Below, one piece after another: positions 27,395 to 37,400 of a stretch of 64,000 nt of DNA. Within the stretch, counting starts at the first letter, position 1. Every line of letters starts with the position of its first letter. The stretch covers positions 31,000,001 to 31,064,000 of the forward strand of contig OZ320314.1 of NCBI GenBank assembly GCA_976226885.1, written 5' to 3'. The notes beneath the pieces were generated by a model, which was not told the DNA's origin, did not search any database, and saw only the letters and a program-made list of their open reading frames with translations. The stretch is from Iphione sp. A-MEVVRFRX5 (Eukaryota). The translations under genes and the position numbers were made by a program.

Positions 27395-28510
27395 GGTTAT
27401 TATACAAATCATATACAAATAAGATACAATATCTATCACGTGATAGACAGTGTCTATCCAACTGAAAACCTCCATGTCTCTATTTTACTCTTCTGTGTGC
27501 ATGCGTGGTGCAGAAAAAAAATGAATATTGTACGTTTTCTGTGAAACATATGTGTGTACCAATGTAGTCCACTTTGATGAACACCCAAGACTCTTCTGGA
27601 GGTATCTCATATTATACTGTCTGATGTATGTCCATGTCAAAATGAACACACCCCTATTCTTACCCAAAGACAGCCACATAATACCCACTGATAATGCTTA
27701 AGAATGTGCACCCCGAAATCTAAGGTGCCACTGTTATCTGTACAGTGAGACCGGTGACTGGAGAATGAACCCCAGGACATAAATATACAAGTAAATTTCA
27801 ACAGCAAATTCAGTGCGAATGAAATCAAGGTAAATATATAGGAAAGGTCAGATTGGTAGAGAAGGGACTGCCTGGCTAGGGACATCAATAAGTATTAGCA
27901 GTTATTACATTCTACTGTTTTCAATAGAGAAGTACGGAATGTATTTTATGACCACGTTTGTGTGGACAGCGTATGCCAGCCATACAACAGGAAAAAAAGA
28001 ATGAAAGTAGATGATTCCGAGTTTCATATCAAATAATGCCAAAAAATGCATGTCATAAAACTGTGAATGTGTCTAATAAACAAAATGAATGTTTGGGTTG
28101 ATTTAACCTTCTAAAGTAGAAAGTAAATAAAGACTAGCTATTTTGTATCCGAATATGATTTTTTAAGTTCTATGGTGTTACTTCTTTATATTTCAAGCTC
28201 ACTTTGTGTTTTAGCTGCTCTAGTAGATAATAGGGATAAAACACATTTCCTCATGCTATGGTTTTAAATTGCGCCAAGTTCCACCAAGAGAATAGACAGT
28301 GGCATCATAATGTGCAGCTAATGATTGCCTAACACCTCTAAAAGAAAATACTAAACAGTTCTGTCGGCAGTTATTACACTACCTATTAAAAACATTGCCT
28401 GAAAGTAGTCTGTCCCCAGTAAATCTCACCCCATACTGATGTGAGTTCAGAAAAAGATATTATTTATTGAATTCATTGATATATTTGTGAATATCACTAA
28501 GAAAGGTAAA

Positions 28511-28675
28511 GAACAAGGGATATTTTTCTGTTGAAATGGACTATCATTACCCAAACAATGATATCTCTTGCACTACTTCTTCAGCTGGGTGTAGTTATAC
28601 AGCAATGACCTTGACCTTTGAATATAAACAGATAGACACACACACAACCAGTGCAAGTGCCGAAGGCGCTTGTTC
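28511..28675. mobile_element. Small non-autonomous element (Helitron/Helentron-derived-like)
   Basis: GAACAAG..CTTGTTC inverted ends, an internal TGACCTTGACCTTTGA, a short CA microsatellite and a 3-prime hairpin CAAGTGCC-GAA-GGCGCTTG (28654-28672). Confidence 0.4.
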
Positions 28676-29505
28676 TTAAATAAAAACTTATTTTGCCTTT
28701 TATAAACCGCTGAGCACAAACCGTATAGATGAGAGTGTGATTGATTTGGAAATCACCCTACGCGAAATAATCATAGACGAAGGTGGAGAGGCAGCGTCAT
28801 GCGAAGATACAGTGTCCCTGTTTTACTTGCGTTAACTGTTCTATACTCCATAAGCAACCTAATGTACATATCATATAAATAAGGTTGATTAGTAGAGGGT
28901 TTCCAATCCACTCTATGAGACCTACTACGTCATCATGACTAGATACTTGCCTTCAATACTAGGTTACAGACATTCAGTTAAAGGTATCTAACGTAATGGC
29001 CCTTTCATTCACACAGCTACTGTCAGGCCGGTGCCCACGGGGTGGTTACATATATTACACAAATGTATTGACGAAACTGCACTTATTGTCCAGCTTGGAA
29101 TGACAAGTCAATAGAAGGGCGCAAGTGGTCACTGGTCAACCCATTCTTGGCATGGACAGTAGTAAATGTGAGATTATTGGATGACATTGTTTGCACTAAC
29201 TGGCAAACGACTGGCTGTGGCGGGCTTGCAATGGTTAACACTTGCGACAAATTTGTTCGCGGTGTGCTGTTGCTTGTTCAGGCCCATATGTTCAATTCCC
29301 TCGCAATCGAGTTCCTCCCTCCTGATGGAGCATTCCATGTGCGTAACAAAACGCAATAGGCCAACGGCTTTACGTATTTATCGGTGGAAAAGACTCAGCG
29401 TTAATAAGGTAAGAAGGATGATTGAAAGGACTCGACTATTGGCCTACTACTGGCCAACCCATTTAATAACCTGCCAGGTTAAACATTTTCTATTTTATGT
29501 ATTGG

Positions 29506-29634
29506 ATACAGCACGAGGGCGTGCATGTATGCGTTATATTGGCACGGTTTGGATTAGCTGCACGAGACGAAGTCGAGTGTGGCTAATCCAAACCGTGACA
29601 ATCTAACGCATACATACACGCCCAAGTGCTGTAT
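29506..29634. repeat. 129-bp imperfect palindrome (63-bp arms, GAA loop at 29569-29571)
   Basis: Manual pairing gives ~54 Watson-Crick pairs, 2 adjacent G-T pairs and 7 mismatches, including a tandem GA/GA next to GAC-GAA-GTC. Confidence 0.95.
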
Positions 29635-29797
29635 GTAGCTTAAAGCACGGCTCCACACGTACACATAATCAATGAACCATGACTGAAAGAACCAATAAGA
29701 ACCTCTTCATTACTTGCTTCATTAGAATATTCACATAGATTGCTTTGGTTCAAATTACAAACCCCAACCGGTACACTGCTGTCACGACGGTCTAACC

Positions 29798-31464
29798 ATG
29801 GACTTGTTGGATGTCCCAAATTTCGAGATCGAATTAGATCTATGCACTCAAGCAGATCAAATGGAAAGAGAGTACTTATCACAAACCCAAACTCAGGAGT
29901 CTAGTCAAGAAGATGATCTTGGTAGTCGATTTGCACCTGTTCAATCCGATCATGAGTTTAAGGCTTTCATTGCATCGAGGATACCCAAGAACACGCAACA
30001 ATCATCCAATTGGGCTCACAATATATACCGTGAGTGGAGAACATGGAGGAATGGTCATAGCAAATCTCCTGGTGATAGGAAATGGCCTGTCCCCGCCTTG
30101 ACCACTGAGAAGTTGGACTTATTGGACTACTGGTTGGCCCGTTTTGTAACGGAAATTCGGAAGAAGGACGGAGACGACTATCCCCCAGGTAAGCAGCATT
30201 TCATATGCCTATCTATAGCATGGGTGGGGGGGGGACCTCATATCAGGAAAGGTTTTGAAGATTTTATGTCTTATTTGTTCCAGGTACACTTACCAACATA
30301 GCCGCCTCTATTCAAAGATATATGCGGGATGTCCTGGGCAGAGCGGACATCTGGTTGTTGAAGAAGGACGGCCCACACTTCAAGGTTTTCAGAGACGCCT
30401 TGGACGCTCGGAGGAAATTGCTTATTTCTCAGGGGGTTGGCACTCAACCAACACGTGCAGACCCCATATCCATGGACGATGAAGTTGAACTCTGGGAGTC
30501 TGGAGTAATTGGATTTCATTCCGCTCAGTCATTGTCATATGCTTGTTATTTCTATAATTGCAAGCTGTTTGGTTTTCGAGCCAGGGACGAACATGCTAAT
30601 CTAATGGTCGAGCAGTTCACCTTCGGGACCGAACGAGATGGGTCACAATTTCTGCAATTCAATGGTCGTCTTGCAAAAACTGTCACAGGAAAAGTCAGCT
30701 CGAAATCCACTCCAAGGGTTGTAAAGCACTACGCTCAGCCTGAGAATGAACGATGTGTAGTCAAGATTTTTAGGAAGTATATTGCATTGATTCCCCCTTC
30801 AGGCAGGTTTTACCGTAGACCCATGGCGAACGTTAATGGCCATATAATATTCAGTGTTCAGCATGTCGGTGTGAACAAATTGTCACAGTATATGGCCTCT
30901 ATGTTCCAGTCTGCTGGGATCGACACGGAGGGCCGGAACATTAGCGGCCATTCCGGCAAGGTGACGTGTTGCACTACTCTTTACGAGCATGACTTTGACG
31001 AACAGGCAATCACCTCGCGAAGTGGCCATAGGTCCAACGCTGTGCGTTTGTACAAGAGGCCATCCATTGAGCTTGAAAAACGCATTAGTAATTCACTCCA
31101 ACCACCCCCGCCCAAAGCCACCAAGCCTGCCACCATTACTCGTCCTGAACCAACCATGAATCATGCCACCAGTCATAAACCCTCACATTCCACCCCTATC
31201 AGGACCCCACCTGTGCCCTCCCCGTCCACTAATGTAATGCCGGTCACCCCAATCAATCCGCACACATCCAAGGATCAAATCGTCCAAACAGAAATGACCC
31301 CCCCTCTCCAAGACAGCAATCACTCACTACCTCCCTCTCCCGCCCAAGGTACCATTCAAATGGCCTCTTTGATTGATCGGAAAATGTTTACGGTTGTCGT
31401 TCCCTCAGATGTTTATCAGGTCGCCATAATCAAGGACGACAAGAAGGTTGTAGTTCAAATTTAA
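29798..31464 (+). CDS. DUF3504/Crypton tyrosine recombinase, 523 aa, join(29798..30188,30284..31464); family related to the ZMYM2/3/4, QRICH1 and KCTD1 C-terminal domain
   Basis: Kozak accATGG. Exon 1 has RIPKNTQQSSNWAHNIYREW..LDYWLARFVTEIRKKDGDDYPP, which splices in frame to GTLTNIAASIQRYMR. Catalytic-type residues are R229 (FGFRARDEH), K262, H353-x-x-K356 (SGHSGK), H379 (SGHRS) and Y387 (VRLYKRP). These are followed by a Pro/Thr-rich linker and a short hydrophobic C-terminal segment. There are no stops or frameshifts. Confidence 0.92.
30189..30283 (+). other. 95-bp phase-1 GT-AG spliceosomal intron
   Basis: The donor is CAG|GTAAGC and the acceptor is TTATTTGTTCCAG|G. Removal joins the ORF at 29798 to the ORF at 30322 in frame and restores the family motif YPPxTL. 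Confidence 0.9.
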
Positions 31465-31716
31465 CTTGTTTTATATGTTTTCCTACTGTAATGTGTGTGC
31501 AATTAATCTCCTTTGCTGTATTTGATCATTTCAGCGATTCTTTAAGTCAAACAGTATTTATCCGTCTAATGCCATTCTTTTTACAGTCATAATATTGCAA
31601 TTATTCCCATTCTACCACGGTTCTTTCGAAGTATTTTTATGTCTTGCTATATTAATTATATGTACATTCTATTTATATTCATCCTGCTATTTATAATTTG
31701 TGTTTCACCCGTCATG

Positions 31717-31722
31717 AATAAA
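31717..31722 (+). promoter_or_regulatory. Candidate polyadenylation signal of the recombinase gene
   Basis: AATAAA about 250 bp after the stop codon, within an AT-rich 3-prime UTR and inside the element. Confidence 0.5.
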
Positions 31723-32229
31723 AACTCTTTTTACATTAATTCTAACTATGATTTCTTTTCCTTCCATCCAACACTCTAACAACGCTCACCCCAATGACAT
31801 ATGCAACCCACTAATCCACAGCTAACGACACCTCCGGCCCTCATGTATTCAATGCGGCAGCTTGTTTGTGTCACCTACCCACCCGTGCTGTATGCGAAAT
31901 AGTCGCACTGCACGGCTACATAGGCCTAAAGAGAAAAAAAGATGGCCGCCGTGCTTTAAATGGTAATAGTCAATTGAGAAGTTAACTTCACTTCATTGCA
32001 ATAATTGATCCTAAAATGAATAATCTATTTACTTAAAGCAGGACAATCAAAAAAGAAAATCAGAGGAAATGAATTGCAACACTCAATATTAGCCGAATTC
32101 GAGCAGGAGTGCTTTCCGCCTATTGACGGATGTGCAAGGAATGGTATTCTAAAAAAAATCGTTCTTGCAAGTGAGCATGCTTTAATCTGATGTCTCTTTG
32201 AGGCCCATTACTTTACATAAGTATGTCGT

Positions 32230-34150
32230 ATAATTTGTTACTACAAGTTTTGTATTGACATAACGTTATACACGCCACTCATACTCAAGAGGATGAGTCT
32301 ATAAAGACATAAAAGCCAAAACATACGATAACTATGCGGATTCAAATTGCTTTCGTCGCTCCTATGGTAGTTTGCGTTCTGCAGCGGTCGGAAGTCATCA
32401 TGGACTGACAACATTCAATAGTCTCCTTCACTGCAAGCACTCAGTCTAAGAAATTCAGGAAGAAAATAGTGTTACCTTCCAAGAAGGGGCTCCTGTACGG
32501 CTTCTCCTTGAAGTTGTTCATGGCGGTGCAGGGCCTGCCGTTCGCTGATGGCCGCCAACGAAAGGTCCCGCACCGGCGCGCTCACGATGACCGTCAGTAA
32601 CCGCGCGCCAAGCTGCTGTGCGGCGCCCCCTGGACAGTATGCTTGACACTAATTAACCTGGTCACGTGCCAGTCGGACCCGCGAAGCCAATTGGCACTCG
32701 CTAGGCCGATATCGACCGGGTCAGGAAATGAGTGAAGGAATGAGTCCGTCCGTCAAGCGAATCAAGCGCAGCCGTCTGACAAAGGCTGGGAAGCGTCGAT
32801 GGGGGCGGGCGGAAACTGGTCACTAAACCGTCGCATCCGCTAGAACGTCCGATCAACACTGGTAGGGGAAACTTAGGACACTTCCAATCTGCGTTCGATG
32901 GGTACGATGTCCGGCGTTGTACTGAATACAGTCCACTCGATTCAGCGTTATATTTAAGCGTCGTGGGTGATGATGCTATTCTCAGAATGCCAAACTGAGA
33001 CCTTCAGAGTAAAATCAATATGCTCCGCCGCAGGAATTGTCCGAATGTGCAATGAGTTAATATTACGTTAAGCTAGTGCAGCTGTGTTAGATTTCGGCCT
33101 GAAACATAATCAGCATTAAAAATCATTGCCACCGCATATTTGGCTTAATTGCAGTTCTTCTCGGTCCGCTCCCATCTAGTCAATACACCCTGTGAGAAAA
33201 CCCGCTGCGCTATGTTAACGGTAAAAGAAAGGATGAGATGCCGTTCCGGACGGAGCACAGGCCGTGTAGGCTTTAGTGTTGTTAGAAGCCCGTGTAAGGA
33301 GATATATCCAGCCTTCAGATTGAATACGCTGGAGAACTAAGTGGGGGCTAGACTGTTTGAACTGTGACCAAAGGGCCACTTGATGCACATCCCCTATGGA
33401 AACGTTCTTGATGGACCTTGGCTTGGCATCGCTGTTGCCAGGGCCGCCTCTTAAAGCACTATGCAATCTTGCCGAAATTCTCTGAGGGGAACCGCCTGGA
33501 AATTGAGAAACCCTTTCCCGTCCGGCTATCAGCTAGCCTTGGTGGAAGTTTCTGACGGTAACAAAATACACTTTTCGTGCCCTGTCCCCAGGCTATGTCA
33601 AACACCGAAACACTGTCCGTTGCCTTTCAGGACATAAACGGCTTTTACTGTGGTAATAAGGCACGAACCTTTGTGTGAGGCCCTCAGCAACCAACGCCTC
33701 CCAGCTTGTGGTCTGTTGCTCCGAGTGGTTCTGGCAGCGGCAAATGCAGTGCCAGAAGCAGCAGCAGAGGCTTCGGTGGCGGCTGTGTTGGCAGCTGTGG
33801 AGGTTCCGTCTGCCCTGCTGGTGGCAGCAGCAGCACCACCAACAGTGGTCAGGGCGTTAGCTTTGACGGTCCTAGAGCCGACACAGCCGGTGGGAGACCA
33901 CGGGAGACTGAGGCCTTGCTTGTCGGCTGTCCTGTGTCTGCCTGCCTGTTTGCTGACTTAGAGGAGCGGGTATCTTCCAACGTGTGATGATGAACTCGCT
34001 CGTCTTGTCCTAAATCCGTAATCCTACGGCCACCTCTTCTTGATGATAGCATTCATAGCCCAGTCCCAGCCAAAGGCCAGTCTTACTTTGTCCTCCCTAC
34101 CGAGATGCCAAAAGCAGCGGCGGCACCCGCTGGCTCAAAAAATATCTTAC
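32230..34150 (-). pseudogene. Unassigned degenerate coding-like island (possibly a decayed transposase or viral gene)
   Basis: GC-richer than the flanks, with GC3-biased minus-strand segments (AMNNFKEKPYRSPFLEGNTIFFLNFLD; IKNVSIGDVHQVALWSQF; FGWDWAMNAIIKKRWP; an Ala/Thr-rich stretch). Multiple stops are present and the identity is not established. Confidence 0.3.
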
Positions 34151-34423
34151 ATTTTGTGACTGCATGCAGTTGCCTTGACTACGCCAATCGGCAGGTTTCA
34201 GGGGAAATATCACAGTATTTTTTCCCACGACGATCCCCTTGGCCTTCCTAGCACCGTCCAGATTTCCCCGCGACTCAACACCGCCTCCCATATGCTTATG
34301 TAACACGACCTACTCTACCTACTCTGGGGAATGAATTTTGCGCCCTACCCTACTGCTACCGTATCTCTCATTATCGTCTACATAAGATACGAAAGAAAGG
34401 TCCTCAATGCGGCTCTTGGAGGT

Positions 34424-34424
<1 letters not shown>

Positions 34425-34461
<37 letters not shown>
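34425..34461. repeat. (GT)n microsatellite
   Basis: Directly visible. Confidence 0.97.
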
Positions 34462-34463
<2 letters not shown>

Positions 34464-37400
34464 AGCGATACACGATTATCTCGTTTATGAATGCGTCATG
34501 AGCGGTAAGTGTGGATCCGTCGGTGTCGCCCTGATTCTAGACACGCATATTGGAATTGACACTCAGTCCCAGCCGCCTGGTTAAAGACGTTAGCTCCAAG
34601 AGAGCAGCTCGATACCCTACAAAAAAAAAACCCTTTGTCACATGTGCTACGGACATATATAAACGATTTGTATCATATATGTTACCAATATGGATCGTTA
34701 GTCTACCGGCGAGAGATGTCCCCCCTCTGAAATTTTTTTGTCATAAAGGATTTTTTACGGGGGTGGGGTGGGAGGCAGGACTAGTGCAATCAGCCGTCAT
34801 CACCCAAAGGTTTCTCGCACGGTAAATGTTGTCTGCTCAAAAAGGTGAATCTGCTAGTTGTGGGCGATTTTCTGACGAATATGGTCTAAGCTCACCTTAT
34901 ATTTGGTCCGAGATATTGAGGGACCTTGTTCTGTTTTCTGGGCTCGGAAATGAGAGTTAAATGTGTTTGATTTGGTAGTTTCCTGTAATTGATGAAATTA
35001 CATTTGTTAAACCTTCCTGTTCACCTGCAGGCACCTTCGGGCGCGCGAAGGGCAATCGAGCTGGGATTGCTGTAACATAATATGATGGGGGGGAAGCTCA
35101 CTGACCGAATGTCCTTTTCTCTGGGAGGCAAATCCACTTAATTTCTGCCACACTTTCCAGCCTTTCCTCGTCACATTCGGCATAGTGTGCCGGTTCACAT
35201 AGAGGACAGTCTCCTGCGTGCAAAACTTTGATTAACCTACGAAAGGATGGTCTTCCTCCGGAAATTCCTTCGTTGCCTGTTCTTACTGTCAGTGGGTTCA
35301 CACAGAGCTGCGGGCAATTAAAGCTTCCTCTAAAACCTGAATCGGTTGTTACAGGAAATTACACGGAAAAGGGGCCGGGAGACCGATTTTATATTCCCAA
35401 TTTACAAGAATTACATGGTTACACATACCTTGGGCTTCACATGTAATCCGTACCTCGGATTACTTCCTTCCTATCAACTTAGCCCGAGGCGAAATATTTA
35501 TAAGGCATTGGCTCGAAAGATCCACATCGTTCTTCGTTCTTTAGGATTCTAGGACATCATGTGACGTGGACGAGCGGGGATACAGAGGATATATATTTGT
35601 CAGAGGAAAGAGGAAATTAATTGACGATAGTAAGAGCAAAGAGGCAGTGTGTATCAGAAGGGGGCGGACTGAAATTAGTTCGCCCGTCACTTTGATAACC
35701 CTACGAACATCTTCGAAGAACAAAAATATTCTCGTTTACATTTTTAATTTGATACTGAAGTGATTTTTAATATGAGGGTGGATCATTACAATTTTGCATC
35801 GGTTTTCCCTCTATCAAAAGCCTTCTTAGTATGAGGGATTCTATACTACTGGGACTCGACGTACTACTAAGGAGGAGTGTATTTTTATGGCTATCTAAAT
35901 GTTTTCTTTTCGATTTATCCACGAACTGTTTTCGATATTATTATTATTATTTAAGAAGATAAAATGTACGGTTTAGAATAATTACCTGATATTTTTAAAA
36001 AATTGTATCGGAGGTCTTTTTCAGCAGAAGGTTAAGGTCTGATACCTTATTCGATCGCAGATATTACTTTGACAGCCACTCCTCTCCACTGCCTGGAAAA
36101 TTTCATATGCAATAGGATCTACAGTTTCATTACCTCATTCTATATTCTTAATCCGTTCATGGCTATATAGCAGGATAGCTTCAGGACAATGATTCTATCT
36201 GCCGCTTGAATCATCTGCTCTTTTTGTTCGTGCTGTATATAATCGTAGCTTGGCTTAAGGGCTTTTATCTATAAGAAGCTAGTGAGCTGATACTGCATCC
36301 AAATGACAGCGCGCACTTCATGACGTATCGCAGATACTGCAGTCTCTATAATGATACATAACAACTGATACGAAGAAAAAGGAGGGCCCGTGCCTGGGAC
36401 TACGCGAGCGCTTGTGTAAAAGTTTAAAATAATTACTCTTCTTATTTAATAATAATATGTATGATTAATATGGAAATTTCCGAATCACTTGTGTTTGAAC
36501 TTATCAGAGGAAATATATGAAGGGAGACGAAATAAGACCTAGAAATAAAAGGGGAAAAGACAAGAAATAATACATAGAAACGTAAGAAAGAAAAGGAAGA
36601 GGCGGAAGACGAAGAGGGGAGCGAGGAGGCAACGGAGAGGGAAAGGAGATAGGAAATAATGAGGTCCTGCTACTAATTACGATAGGTAACCTCCAATGAC
36701 ACGATTTCGTTTTTGTTGTATGAAAGTCCAAAATCAAAACTACAGAAAAATGTCTGGAACAAAAGCTGACGAAACTAATACTGGCGAAAACAAAGGTCTT
36801 ATTTACCCCAAAGTCTTATAATATGTACAAGGTAAAAGAAAGGATGGCTATCTAAATAGTATCTCCGGTAGCAAATCCCACTCGGAAAAAAACCCAGAAA
36901 TTACTAGATGTGAATAATGCTTCCCAGACCTTACTGTACATGTATATAAAAGCAAACTCCCCCTACAAAATTCTCAAACCTGAGATACTAGCAGAGACGA
37001 CATAAAGATAACTCATGCCGCAATCATTTCACACCGTTTAACTAAAGCCATAAACAACTTGCGCGGGTATTGTATGGAACCTTCTTCTCTGAAGAGATGT
37101 ACTTTCAATCTCTTGCTATATTTATGTTCTGTGATGTATGTTCTTTCTTTAAAAAATTACAACACATACTATATGTACATAAATACACACAAGTACTAAC
37201 CAGTTCATGTCTATGCTTATGTAATGGCATGTTGACACATGTATATACATAAATATCTGTGTTTCCCGTAAGCCGTCCAACCCTAATTTCTGGATCATTA
37301 CAGCTTGTTCTAATAATTTTTTGACACCTTAGGAGGTCTTTCCGTCTTTAAGGAAAATACGTCTATTCTCGCTTTTGGATACCAAAAGTATGCAAAACTC

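Larger units (their letters stand above)
29500..31965 (+). mobile_element. Putative autonomous Crypton-type tyrosine-recombinase DNA transposon (~2.46 kb)
   Basis: It contains an intact spliced DUF3504 recombinase gene. The left boundary is arm TACAGCAC (29507) plus a 129-bp palindrome. The internal site is GTGCTGTA-7bp-TAAAGCAC. The right boundary GCCGTGCTTTAA (31948-31959) is the exact inverse of TTAAAGCACGGC (29640-29651). The termini are accurate to a few bp. Confidence 0.75.

Noticed and set aside
29174-29356. GC3-rich minus-strand ORF left of the Crypton, faintly like a P-element DEMxI region
   Set aside because: The catalytic residues do not match, and its position is in the wrong order relative to the P-like hints at 32 kb. 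Pattern-matching risk is too high.
30189-30519. C-terminal tail of ORF 29798..30301 (GKQHFICL...) and overlapping ORFs 30255..30482 and 30271..30519
   Set aside because: These are intron read-through and shadow frames of the spliced recombinase gene.
33650-33987. Ala-, Gln- and Gly/Ser-rich ORFs as intact genes
   Set aside because: They are overlapping low-complexity frames of a GCA/GCT-rich stretch, with no supported start or family.
34896-34982. 87-bp candidate exon on the minus strand (TACAG|...AAG|GTGAGC)
   Set aside because: The splice-like signals are present, but there are no partner exons or recognisable product. RNA-seq would be needed.
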